The notes below the pieces were generated by a model, which searched no databases, was not told the origin of the DNA, and saw only the letters and a list, made by a program, of their open reading frames with translations. This document shows positions 1-9,775 of a stretch of DNA of 64,000 nucleotides, piece after piece. Positions within the stretch are counted from its first letter, which is position 1; the number at the start of each line of letters is the position of its first letter. Source of the DNA: Ostreococcus lucimarinus (lineage: Eukaryota); assembly GCA_000092065.1 (NCBI GenBank), contig CP000582.1. One strand, 5' to 3'. Both the position numbers and the translations under genes were made by a program.

Positions 1-2
1 AC

Positions 3-3000
3 TGCAGATGTGAAAGCGTTACTACTTCGTCTAAGTCGTTCACAAAGCGTGCCAAGACGACAAAGATATCGCTCGCCAAGATCCATTCGCTCACAACGGA
101 GCGCCACGTCGAATACTTCGTGCACCCGACGTGCTTGGATAGTACGCTACAACTCGGTGCAGTGATGAACGCGGGGTCCTCCGAGACAAAAGTTCCCGTG
201 GGTGTGCACGCGTACGCTGCGCAGCAAATTTCTGTCAAACGGCGCAGTTTACACGCAAGCGCGAGCAATTCGAGTGGAAATTATGTACTCGAGCGCGCAA
301 ATGTCGTCGGACTCGAGCTCAAGCCCATGCGCCGTGGAAAAGCACTCGTGACAAAACAAACGCGCATGCTATACGCGCTTCGTTGGTTTGCTCTACAACC
401 GTGCGTTCCTGGTCAAAAGCGCACGGTGAGCGATTTAGAATCGTGTGCCACGTGTGGCGTCTTGACAGCCGCGTGCGCCGTCCAGTGTAATACGGCGACG
501 GGTATCGAAATTGAAACCATTCGCACAACAAGCAACGATGCCCTGCACGGCTTTGCTCGGACGGTTGGACAAGAAATAAAGCAGCTTCGTACGGAGAGTG
601 TTAGGTTCGACGGCGCGCGCACGCGGTACGTTGCGTCCGCAGATGCTTCGTTAAAGTTTGTCGGCGAATCGTATGATGTCCTCGTGCAGGCGAATATGAC
701 GTACGGCTCACGTGTACGCAAGGCGCAAAATGTGATCAAACCGCCTTCCCGAAAGTCTCTCACTCTCGAAGTGCGTATCCCCCGTCAAGCTCCAAAGACG
801 CTGCGCGTGATGATCACTGGTGGCTTGGGCGCCATCGGTGTCGAGTACGCGACACATGTGAACTCATCCACGATTGACGCTCGCGTGCGTCTTTTGGGTC
901 GTTCTGGGCGCGGAGCGGAATTCGATGGACGTACATTCTCTTCGGTGCACGCGTGCAAATGTGACGCGGGATTTAGCGAAGATGTCAAACCTGTGGTATA
1001 TCACCAATGCGATGAGATTCTTCACGCGGCGGGCGTGTTACGTGACGGGTTAATTCGTTTTCAAAGTGCACTGTCAGTAAGAGTTGTCATCGGTGCGAAA
1101 GTTAACTCTTGGCAAACACTCGAATCACATCTCGTGGGTGCGATGGTACGACGCATAGTGCACTGTTCTTCGATCGCAGCTCTCACAGGCTCGAGTGGGC
1201 AGTCGAACTATTCCGCCGCGAACGCGTGTTTGGATTCAATCGCCGACTTTGCGAGATTTCGAGGCGACTCTATCAGCTCAATGCAATTTGGAGCGTGGTC
1301 GAACGCCGGTATGGCAGAGGCGCGGGTTTTAGAAAAGGTTAACTCGATGGGTTTCGGTGTCGTCACCCCTGAACTTGGCATGCGCGCTCTGGAGAGAGTC
1401 ATGTCGAGACAAGGCATCGGTAACGTCATCGCGACACCGTACGATTTCAAAAAGTTTGCAGAAGCTTTACCTGTCATACCGAGGATGTATCGAGACGTCG
1501 CCGTGAAGCAAAAACAGAAAACATCGAAGAAACAGCGCAAACACGTGGGCGGAGGCGCTGCGCGCTTGAGCGTCGCCGTCGTTCGTAGAAAAATTCAGCA
1601 GATTGCGACGCAAGTCATCGGAAGAGAAATAGGCTTGGACGAACCTCTCATGGACGCTGGGCTGGATAGTCTCGGAGGGCAGGAAATGAAGGCGCAGATT
1701 GAAGATGAATTTGCCGTCGAACTTCCCGCGACGGCCGCGTTTGATTACCCCACGGTTTCAGTGTTGGGGGATTTCGTCGCAGGGGAACTGGGCGCCGGCG
1801 ATGTTGATGAAGATGAAGACACAGCGGAAGGCTCTGGAATCTCAATCGCAGACGTTCAATCGCGCGTACTACAAATTGCCTGTCAAGTGATCGGTCGAGA
1901 TGTTGACCCGAACGAGCCGTTGATGGATTCGGGACTCGACAGTCTCGGCGGTCAAGAGATGAAGCAACAAATCGAAGATGAATTTGACATCGAGCTCCCA
2001 CCCACCGTGGTATTCGATTACCCGACCATTAAAGACTTGGCGACGTTCGTCGCTGACGAAATTGGAGCCACGGCTGCGACAAAGAAGTCACCAACCATCG
2101 TCGTCGCGTCGTCGTTGAAACACGTTGCAGTGCGGAACTTTGATCTTACCGCGCCTCACCCTCCCGATGCCGACGCGATTCGTCGCGTTCCATACCACAG
2201 ATGGGATCACGACTTTTATCAAGAAGCCGTGCAAGAGTACCACTCCTCTCGCGTGAGCGGCTACAACTTGCACGTCGCTCCGTTTGGTGGATTCATGACC
2301 AATTATATCTCGTTCGACAACCGGGCATTTGCGATTTCGGCGTTAGAAGCGCTCTACATGGACGTTCAGCAAAGATCTCTTCTAGAAGGCACGTTCCAAG
2401 CGACGACTGCTGGAACTTTCGCCGTCACTAGCGAAGACACGCTCGAAGGCTCGCTATCGTCTGGCGTCTGGGTCGGGATCGCCGCGTGCGATTACGCAGA
2501 TGAGGTATTGCGAAGGTATGAACACGCGCTTCATCCGTATTTGGTGAGCGGTACTTCTCTCAACGTCGCCGCTGGACGCATTTCGTACGTGTTCAACTTT
2601 AAAGGGCCCTCTGTGAGCGTAGATACTGCGTGTAGCTCCTCCATTGTCACGACGCACTCGGCGTTTATCAGTATGAGATCTTCAGAAATCGGTCGAGCAG
2701 TGTCTTGCGGAGTGCAAGCGATTCTCAGTGAGCACATCACTGGTGTTTTCCACTCTTCAGGAATGCTCGCGCCTGATGGCAGATGTAAAACGCTTGATGC
2801 GAGTGCCGACGGTTACGTCAGAGGCGAGGCTCGAGGCGTGCTCGCCCTCGAAGCCGTTGACGCGAGTGAAGCGGTGAATGTCACGAATGTTTTACTAGCC
2901 GGAGCGGCAGTAAATCAAGACGGGCGGAGTTCTTCGTTGACTGCTCCAAATGGACCGACTCAGAAGACTGTCATTCGCGCCGCCATTAGTACAGCTTCCG

Positions 3001-4616
3001 CGATGACGCGAGACGTGGACGTTCTGCAACTACACGGAACTGGCACCGCGCTGGGCGATCCAATTGAGATTGGAGCAGCGCTGAGCGCTCTCGAAAGATT
3101 ACCTGCAGATCGCGCTTTTACGTTGGAAGCAGTAAAAACGCACGTCGGACACACTGAAACAGCGGCAGGGGCGGTATCGTTGGTGCAAGAGACGAAAAAG
3201 TTGGCCGGCTGTGCTACGTCGCTCGTCGCGCACTTGCGCTTGGTAAGCCCACATTTGCTGGGTTTGTTTGCCAGTGCCCAAACGAATGGCACACACATCG
3301 CCCGACAGTTTTCAGCTCGTTTGGCATCACTCGTTAGCGTTTCGGGCTTCGCCTTTCAAGGCACGAACGCAAACGCTGTCCTACGATTGAACTCTTCAAA
3401 ATTGCCCGCGCCGCGTCATTGTCCCAAAGCCATCTTTCATCGATCGCGCTTCTGGCCACTTCCAGAGCTCCACGTCCACTTGAAGACGTTTGATGGCAGC
3501 AACGATGCCGTTACTTTTCGGTTTACCGCGTGTGTTGACGCGAGATTACATTCGCATTTGCTCGGTTGCAAAACTTCCGCGCGAGAAGCCATCTTTCCGA
3601 GTGCCGGTTTCCTTGAACTCGCGTGCGCGGCTTCACGAATATTCGATCGCGAACCCATGGCGTGCGACGCGGCCGTCTTCGCACCTCTAGCCTTACGTAC
3701 GAATGGCGTGTACTTCTTCACAGTGGCCGTGAACGCGAAATCGGGGGAAGTCGAGGCGAAGGAGTCTTTGGACCAAGGCGAGGCGTGTATGCAATGCCGA
3801 GTTCGTCGCACAGATTTGGCGTCGAGGCGAACAGCCCCCGGTCCCGTTTCATCATTGCTCGTCGGGCGTTCGGATTCATCGAATAGAACTGTTCGAGCAC
3901 GCGTCAAGGCGAGGAGCGAGCAATCGCACTTCGAATATCGCATAGATCCTTGTGCGCTCGAGAGCTCGTTCGCCGCGAGATCGGCGATGCGCGATCCGGG
4001 CGTGCTCCGGGCGTGCGCTAGGCACTACACCACGCCTCGGACGGCAGCGATGTCTATGATCGCGACCATATGTGATCATGCACACACAATGAACGAAGTT
4101 TACACGATCGGTGTCGTATTCAAGAGGCCGTTTGATCGAGTTTACCGACTCATCAGACAAACGTTCGCGGCGACACCCGAAGCGACGACTTCACTTCGCC
4201 GTGAAGTTGTGGCGCCGTTACCGCCGCTCGAATCGCTCGAATCAATCCAGCGTAAAATCTATGCGCATTGTTCGCGAATTACAGGCGCCTCGTCGATCGC
4301 GGGCGGCGACGCGCTCGTCGATCTTGGCATGGATTCCTTGGCGGCGGCGGAGTTGCGTGCGGCAATTCAAAACGAGTTCGGAATGTTGCTCCCCATTCAC
4401 GCCGCGTTCGAGTGTCCCACCGCCGATGCACTCGCGAGTTACATCGTTCGCGAACATACAAAAAAGCGAAAAGCGGAGACCGCGGGCGCAACGCGACCGG
4501 CGTCGACTGTTGAAGGCGAGACGGTTCGTTGGCTTGTCGTTATCGCGGTTATCGTCGTCGTGATGGTTTTACACATCGTAAAGTTGACGAGAGCAGTCTC
4601 GCTCGAAGATGCTTGA
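3..4616 (+). CDS. Type I polyketide synthase, 5'-partial (the reading frame is open back to the window start). Domain order KR - ACP - ACP - KS - DH - ACP - C-terminal TM helix, with no AT domain.
   Basis: Two tandem ACP motifs GLDSLGGQEMK(A/Q)QIEDEF lie at about nt 1650-2000. The KS motifs DTACSSS, HGTGT and KTHVGHTETAAG are present. The DH motif is LHSHLLGCKTSAREAIFPSAGFLELA. A terminal ACP (LGMDSLAAAELR) is followed by the hydrophobic tail WLVVIAVIVVVMVLHIV. The ORF-track start at 120 is a GTG, and the frame is open upstream of it. Confidence 0.85.
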   Translation, partial: CRCESVTTSSKSFTKRAKTTKISLAKIHSLTTERHVEYFVHPTCLDSTLQLGAVMNAGSSETKVPVGVHAYAAQQISVKRRSLHASASNSSGNYVLERANVVGLELKPMRRGKALVTKQTRMLYALRWFALQPCVPGQKRTVSDLESCATCGVLTAACAVQCNTATGIEIETIRTTSNDALHGFARTVGQEIKQLRTESVRFDGARTRYVASADASLKFVGESYDVLVQANMTYGSRVRKAQNVIKPPSRKSLTLEVRIPRQAPKTLRVMITGGLGAIGVEYATHVNSSTIDARVRLLGRSGRGAEFDGRTFSSVHACKCDAGFSEDVKPVVYHQCDEILHAAGVLRDGLIRFQSALSVRVVIGAKVNSWQTLESHLVGAMVRRIVHCSSIAALTGSSGQSNYSAANACLDSIADFARFRGDSISSMQFGAWSNAGMAEARVLEKVNSMGFGVVTPELGMRALERVMSRQGIGNVIATPYDFKKFAEALPVIPRMYRDVAVKQKQKTSKKQRKHVGGGAARLSVAVVRRKIQQIATQVIGREIGLDEPLMDAGLDSLGGQEMKAQIEDEFAVELPATAAFDYPTVSVLGDFVAGELGAGDVDEDEDTAEGSGISIADVQSRVLQIACQVIGRDVDPNEPLMDSGLDSLGGQEMKQQIEDEFDIELPPTVVFDYPTIKDLATFVADEIGATAATKKSPTIVVASSLKHVAVRNFDLTAPHPPDADAIRRVPYHRWDHDFYQEAVQEYHSSRVSGYNLHVAPFGGFMTNYISFDNRAFAISALEALYMDVQQRSLLEGTFQATTAGTFAVTSEDTLEGSLSSGVWVGIAACDYADEVLRRYEHALHPYLVSGTSLNVAAGRISYVFNFKGPSVSVDTACSSSIVTTHSAFISMRSSEIGRAVSCGVQAILSEHITGVFHSSGMLAPDGRCKTLDASADGYVRGEARGVLALEAVDASEAVNVTNVLLAGAAVNQDGRSSSLTAPNGPTQKTVIRAAISTASAMTRDVDVLQLHGTGTALGDPIEIGAALSALERLPADRAFTLEAVKTHVGHTETAAGAVSLVQETKKLAGCATSLVAHLRLVSPHLLGLFASAQTNGTHIARQFSARLASLVSVSGFAFQGTNANAVLRLNSSKLPAPRHCPKAIFHRSRFWPLPELHVHLKTFDGSNDAVTFRFTACVDARLHSHLLGCKTSAREAIFPSAGFLELACAASRIFDREPMACDAAVFAPLALRTNGVYFFTVAVNAKSGEVEAKESLDQGEACMQCRVRRTDLASRRTAPGPVSSLLVGRSDSSNRTVRARVKARSEQSHFEYRIDPCALESSFAARSAMRDPGVLRACARHYTTPRTAAMSMIATICDHAHTMNEVYTIGVVFKRPFDRVYRLIRQTFAATPEATTSLRREVVAPLPPLESLESIQRKIYAHCSRITGASSIAGGDALVDLGMDSLAAAELRAAIQNEFGMLLPIHAAFECPTADALASYIVREHTKKRKAETAGATRPASTVEGETVRWLVVIAVIVVVMVLHIVKLTRAVSLEDA

Positions 4617-4637
4617 TCGAAATGTACGCGAAAATGC

Positions 4638-5456
4638 TCACAACTCCCATGATCCTCCTGCAAAACGCTGCTTCCGCGCGCGCTTTGAGATTCGAGGCGT
4701 CTGCGGGCTCTCAATTTCATCGCCAGAGGATTCGCGCGCCGTCTTCGTCATCGACGAACTCGTCGTCGTCGGTTTATATCTCTTCGTCGTGACGTTGATC
4801 TTTTCACGAACATCGCGAATGAACGATCTTCCAAACTTGAATTGCTTAGGCGGCTGCGCATGTGGAAACAAAGTTTCCCACTGCCGCTTACCGACCTCTC
4901 GTATCGTCTCATCGCCGACATCGGACGCGTCCACGGCCCGCACCGTCGCCGCGTCCAACTTCGCCCGCATCTCTTCCCACGTCATCTTGCGTTCGGGCTT
5001 TTTCGTTCGTCTCGCGCGCGGTCTCTCCGCGTCCGCATTCGGCGCAAATTCTCGCTTGACCACGAGTCCGAGTCCGAGTCCGCGTCGATCCGACGTCGTC
5101 TCGTCGTCCGACCACCCCGCGGCCAGCGCTTCGGCATCGCGCACCATTCGCTCCAACCGCTCCACCCGTCGTTTCGCGCGAGAGATTTGTTTCGAGAGCA
5201 GCTTCTCGCGCTCGACGAGCGATTCGCGTTCGCGTTCCAGCGAGTGTCTCGCCGTCGTCTGTTCTCGCAGCGCCGCGCGCGGCGCCCTCGCCGCGACCGC
5301 CGCGTTCTCGCCTCCACGCGCACCGCCCTCGTCCACGGGCACCACGAAAAGATCATTCGCGACGTCTTCCTCCGCGATCGCGGGCGCCGTCGCCTCCGCG
5401 TCCGCGCGCCACACGGCGTCCTCGAGCAGCACGGCCAACTCGGTCGCCGCCCCCAT
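4638..5456 (-). CDS. Hypothetical coiled-coil, lysine-rich protein. It is convergent with the PKS; the start codon is uncertain.
   Basis: Only the C-terminal approximately 270 aa of the minus-strand ORF 4638..6449 looks protein-like (heptad-like LERERESLVEREKLL, K/T-rich tail). Its upstream part is antisense to L9 and is rejected. No recognisable domain. Confidence 0.3.
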   Translation of the reverse strand: MGAATELAVLLEDAVWRADAEATAPAIAEEDVANDLFVVPVDEGGARGGENAAVAARAPRAALREQTTARHSLERERESLVEREKLLSKQISRAKRRVERLERMVRDAEALAAGWSDDETTSDRRGLGLGLVVKREFAPNADAERPRARRTKKPERKMTWEEMRAKLDAATVRAVDASDVGDETIREVGKRQWETLFPHAQPPKQFKFGRSFIRDVREKINVTTKRYKPTTTSSSMTKTARESSGDEIESPQTPRISKRARKQRFAGGSWEL

Positions 5457-5893
5457 GTCGGCGATCGGTCCGCGCGTCAGAGTGATTGACCTCGATCGAT
5501 CTTTCCCCGAGATCGATCGATCGACGGTGCGAGGTTCGTTGAATTTCGATGACCCAGGATTCGACCGACAGACCGAGCCCGCGCCTGCCGACGGCGACGT
5601 CCGCACACCCGCGCGACGATGTTCACCGTCTCCGCCCCCACGCACGCGAGCCTTCGGGCGTTCAAGCCGAACACGGTGCGTGCGAATGAATTCGTCGATC
5701 GCGCGCGCGCGATGGCGCGACGACGCGCGACGACGCGACGACGCGACGACGCGTCGCGATGCGTTATCGGGGCGCGACGCGCGGAGGGTTTCGGAAAGAA
5801 TTCGAACGCGACCGGACGCGCGAGACGCGGCGTGGACGTCGAGCGCGGGCGCGGGGACGCGCGTTAAAAAATCATGCGCGCGGTGCCGCCGTC

Positions 5894-6585
5894 GATGGCG
5901 TCGAGCGCAGAGCGCGCGCCGGAGGGGGGCGCGCGGGGCGATTCGAGGGTCTGGGGGTGTAGGGTTTTCGGGAAGCGCGCGTTTCCGCGCGCGTTTCCGC
6001 GCGCGTGCGTGCGATGACTGACGAGTGGTACGACGCGCGTTTTGCGATCGGTAGGTTTCGTCCAAGACCACGGCTGCGGTTCCGCGCTCGAGCGGCCGCG
6101 TCGGTCTCGTCGTCGAGGCGTACAAGAGAGCGGCGAAGAAGACGAAGGCGGTGCTCTTGAAGACGTCCGACGTCGGCCAAGAGGGCGACATGGTCGAGGT
6201 CTCTAACGGTTTCTTCCGCTCGTACCTCGAGCCGCAAGGTTTGGCGACCAAGGTGAGCCAAGAACTGATGGCTGAGTTCGAGGCGAAGGCTGCCGAGGCG
6301 GCGGCGGCCAAGGCGAAGGAAGTGCAAGACGCCAAGGCGCTCGCGACGGCGCTCACGACGATTGGCAAGTTTGTGGTGAAGAAGACTGTGGGTGAAGATG
6401 GCAAGATTTTCGGCTCCGTCTCGGCGGCTGATGTGGTCGAAGCGATCAAGGCTCAAACTGGCAAGGAGTTGGAAAAGAAGGCTTTTGACGTCCCCGACAT
6501 TTCCGCCGTCGGCGTCTACGAAATCAACGCCACGTTCCACAAGCAAGCGCAGTGCAAGTTCCAGCTCGAAGTTGCGAAGGATTAA
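5894..6585 (+). CDS. rpl9: Organellar 50S ribosomal protein L9 (bL9) with an N-terminal transit peptide. Two exons: 5894..6004 and 6055..6585.
   Basis: The mature region VLLKTSDVGQEGDMVEVSNGFFRSYLEPQGLA aligns with the bacterial L9 N-terminus. The frame upstream of 6151 is open but has no ATG back to a stop at 6052. Exon 1 (MRAVPPSMASSAERAPEGGARGDS...) ends in frame at a GTGCGT donor (6005). The branch site GACTGACGAG and a TAG acceptor at 6054 follow. Confidence 0.8.
6005..6054 (+). other. Intron (50 nt) in the L9 gene.
   Basis: Donor GTGCGT, branch ACTGACGA 33 nt upstream of the acceptor TAG. The splice restores a Met start and a transit peptide in frame. Confidence 0.75.
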
Positions 6586-6748
6586 TTCGATCGATCACAC
6601 ACGATCACACATCGAATTCTTTTTCAAAACATTGTTTGAGTGCGAGCGCGCGCGGAGGGGAGGATAGAAAATCGCCGGCGACGACGAGTAGGATAATTCA
6701 ACGATTTCATGTAAAATGTTGGCTTCATTAAAACGTACAACCATTCAT

Positions 6749-7111
6749 CTAAGCGTTAACGTCGGTGAACTCGCTCGCGACCGTCTCGTATTCGTCGTAA
6801 TCATTCTCGGCGTACTCGGCGGCTCTCGCGTTGATCTCGTCCACCCAGCGGAATTGGTGCGGGACCAACGCCAGGTCGACGATGGCTTCACCCAGATTGT
6901 ACAACGCGTCGCGAAAGGGAACCATGGAGTATCGCACTGGTGCGAGAAACTGTTTCAACGAGCGCTTGTGCGCTTGAATCTCGTCGGCGTCCGCCGTGGA
7001 TGTCGCTTCGACCCTTCGACTCGATACAGACGCCAACACGCACAACGAGACACAAGCGATACGAGCAGTACTGCGTCGCGCGTGACGACGCTTACCTGCG
7101 TCAGATCGCAT
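6749..7111 (-). CDS. Hypothetical small protein (about 120 aa) with a hydrophobic N-terminal targeting or signal segment and an acidic C-terminus.
   Basis: ATG at 7111 begins MRSDAGKRRHARRSTARIACVSLCVLASVSS, followed by a non-repetitive region (LAPVRYSMVPFRDALYNLGEAIVDLALVPHQFRWVDEINARAAEYAENDYDEYE). It is convergent with L9. I recognise no family. Confidence 0.35.
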   Translation of the reverse strand: MRSDAGKRRHARRSTARIACVSLCVLASVSSRRVEATSTADADEIQAHKRSLKQFLAPVRYSMVPFRDALYNLGEAIVDLALVPHQFRWVDEINARAAEYAENDYDEYETVASEFTDVNA

Positions 7112-7349
7112 CCGACGATCTCTGGCCCTGAATTGCTGTCCCTCGCGAGGCTGAAAATGCGACGCGCGCCTTGAAACCGCGCGCACGCGAGCTCTCGGAC
7201 CAACAAACTCACGAAAGTCGGTTGATATCCCGAGAACGAAGAACACGCGTCATCTCGCGCCTCGCGGGCGTTCCTGCGCGGTGCGCGACGGCGTGAAACG
7301 AGAGAAAGCGCACACCCTTCACATCTCACGCCGCGCGGTCGTCACGATC

Positions 7350-7880
7350 ATGGTCTCGCGACGCGTCTTCTTCACGCTCGTCTTCTTCGCGCTCGTCGCG
7401 CGTCGCGACGCCGACGCCGCGCGGCCGCTAACTGAAGGCATCGACGCCCGCTCGCTCGCCGAGCTCGAAGATATCGTTCACCCAACGGTTATTTGGTCCG
7501 AGATCGAGCCCTTGTCGCCCGCACCGACTCGGCAGCGCGATCGAGTCGTCGTCTCCGCCGCGAGCGGCGTCGGCGACGTCGTCGTCGCCGCAGCATTCAC
7601 GCCGTTACGCGCTCCTCCACCGCCACCAGCGACGATGTACGCATCATCAACAACGTCATCGTGGTCATCCGATGTCGTGGACGCGGACGTTCGCGCGTCC
7701 ATCGTCCGCGACAGGCTCGCGCGCGCGTTCGACGTCTCGGGCCTCTCCGACGAGCGTCTCGTCGCCGCGCTCACCGGCAACACCGCCCTCACGTCGGTGT
7801 TATTCGACCCATCCGTGGCGGCTTACCTACTTTCCATTTTCAACGGCAACGACGGCGTCGCGACGAGCGTGTTCGGGTGA
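7350..7880 (+). CDS. Hypothetical protein with a predicted signal peptide.
   Basis: ATG followed by VSRRVFFTLVFFALVARRDADAARP (a hydrophobic h-region with an AxA-like site). No recognised domain. Confidence 0.3.
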   Translation: MVSRRVFFTLVFFALVARRDADAARPLTEGIDARSLAELEDIVHPTVIWSEIEPLSPAPTRQRDRVVVSAASGVGDVVVAAAFTPLRAPPPPPATMYASSTTSSWSSDVVDADVRASIVRDRLARAFDVSGLSDERLVAALTGNTALTSVLFDPSVAAYLLSIFNGNDGVATSVFG

Positions 7881-7968
7881 CGTGCGAACGCCCCGCCGAG
7901 CGTCGCTCGCGGCGAGGGGTAACAACCGGCGTTTTGAAACATCACATCGCGCCTCGTCCCTCGCGACG

Positions 7969-9063
7969 ATGGCGAACGTCCCGAGGCGCGCGCCGCTCGG
8001 GACGTTATCATTCAATCGCGATGACGACCATCACACGGTCGCGTCGACGTCGTTCGCATCGCCGGCGTCGAAATTCGCCGGTCGCTCGACGGCGTCGCTC
8101 GACGACGACGGGGACGCGTACGCCGTCGCGAGCGTGAACACGCCGGAGATGTGCGCCATGGCCGACGGACGCGTCGGGTCCAGTCACGAGATCGCGCTGT
8201 CGCTCGTCGTCGAGCGCGATCGAGCGATCGAGCGCGAACTGGAGATGGCGGCGTTCGCTCGCGCGGAGGCGCGGCGATGCGACGAGACGACCAGGGCGTT
8301 GGTCGCGGACGTCGAGGATTTGACGGTCGCGTTGGGGGAGACGGACGCGCACGTCGCGCGCATGCGGTGGTTGTGGGCCATACGCGCGGTGGTGAGCTTG
8401 GTGCGCTGGGATCGTGAGCGGCGGGAGGCGAGGAAGGCCAAGGCGAAGGCGCGCCGATTGGCGACGCAGTTGGCGCGGATAGAAAAGTACATCGCCACGG
8501 CGGCGTGTGATTTCGACGATTTGAACGCCAAGCTCGTGAAAGAGGCGAATGATGCGAAGATGGCGCGCGCGGAGGCGCGGGAGGCGTGGGAGATGCTCGC
8601 GCGTGAACGCGCGGCGCGCGCGGAGTCTCCGGCTGAGTCTTCGGCGGCGCTCGCGCCGCCGGCGAATCCGTCGACACCTCCGGCGCGGCGCGCGGCGAAC
8701 GCGCGAAGACGTGAGGCGAAAGATGCGTGCGCCTCGGTCGCGGCGCACGTCGAAAGTCTTCTCGCGAACTCACCTTCAAAGCAGCTGAATCAGCTCGCGC
8801 TCGCGCAGCGCGAAGCCGCCGACCGCGCTCGCGCGACGCTCGCCGATCACCCACGCACGAGTGACGGTGCGTTAGACCCCAAAGACGTCGTCGCTCTCAT
8901 CGCCGTTCACGCGCTCGAGCGGTGCGCCGAGCGCTCCTCGAGCGACGGGCGGCGCGCCTTCGCCCGAGCCGCCAAGCGCTTCGAAACCGTCGCTCGCGCG
9001 TGCGTCGCCGGCGACGACGCCGCGCCCCTCACCGCTGCCGCATCGTCATCGCGCGAAACTTAG
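7969..9063 (+). CDS. Hypothetical coiled-coil protein.
   Basis: ATG at 7969 (MANVPRRAPLG...). Long alanine/arginine/glutamate heptad-like region. No recognisable domain. Confidence 0.4.
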   Translation: MANVPRRAPLGTLSFNRDDDHHTVASTSFASPASKFAGRSTASLDDDGDAYAVASVNTPEMCAMADGRVGSSHEIALSLVVERDRAIERELEMAAFARAEARRCDETTRALVADVEDLTVALGETDAHVARMRWLWAIRAVVSLVRWDRERREARKAKAKARRLATQLARIEKYIATAACDFDDLNAKLVKEANDAKMARAEAREAWEMLARERAARAESPAESSAALAPPANPSTPPARRAANARRREAKDACASVAAHVESLLANSPSKQLNQLALAQREAADRARATLADHPRTSDGALDPKDVVALIAVHALERCAERSSSDGRRAFARAAKRFETVARACVAGDDAAPLTAAASSSRET

Positions 9064-9775
9064 CTTGTATAACGTCATCGATTAGCCCGCGCCTCGTCGT
9101 CCCGCGCGGAATCCGCGCGTCGCGCCGCGGGAGCTCGAAACTAGATACCTTTTCGATTCACGACTCGTCCCGAGTCCCACCGGAACAAAAATTCAATTTT
9201 TTTCCCGCGCTTTCTCCCCGCGTCCCATCGGACGCCGGTCGACCGACCGACCGCGAAACGTCGCGTCTCGTATACCGCGACGAAAATCGCCATCAATTTA
9301 AAAATGGAACCGTGTGGGTGCCCACCAGCGTGGCGCGTGTGACGCGCGTGGCGCGCGCGCGTCATTCGTCGACGCACCGCGTCGCAACACACGCGTCACT
9401 CGTCGCGTCGCATCGCATCGCGCGATCGTTCACGCGCGCGCGCGCACGTTCGCGCGCGCGTTCGTCCCGCGTCGACGCGCGGACCGTCGTCGACGTCGTT
9501 CGCCCAATCGCGCGCGCGTTCGCGCGGCATCTTGCGCGTCCATCGAGGCGTCGTTCGCGCGCGGTCGACGCGACGCGACGCGCTGGCGATCGTCGACGAC
9601 GCGCGTAGATTTACGCTTCGTGCGTTCACGCGCGTTCGTGGACTCGAGCGCGCTCTCGCGCGTCGTCGGACGGCGACATCCATCGGTCGACCGTTCGACC
9701 GTCAACGACTCGGTCAGTCGCGGCGCGGTCGGTCGCCACGCACCGAAGGGACACTTCTGAAGTTTGATTGATTGA

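Noticed and set aside
4638-6449. The full 603-aa minus-strand ORF as one gene.
   Set aside because: Its 5' half is antisense to the L9 exons and transit peptide. I kept only the C-terminal roughly 270 aa as a low-confidence hypothetical.
6151-6585. ORF-track start of L9 at 6151.
   Set aside because: The codon is GTG and the frame is open upstream with no ATG. The true start is in an upstream exon (5894) joined across a 50-nt intron.
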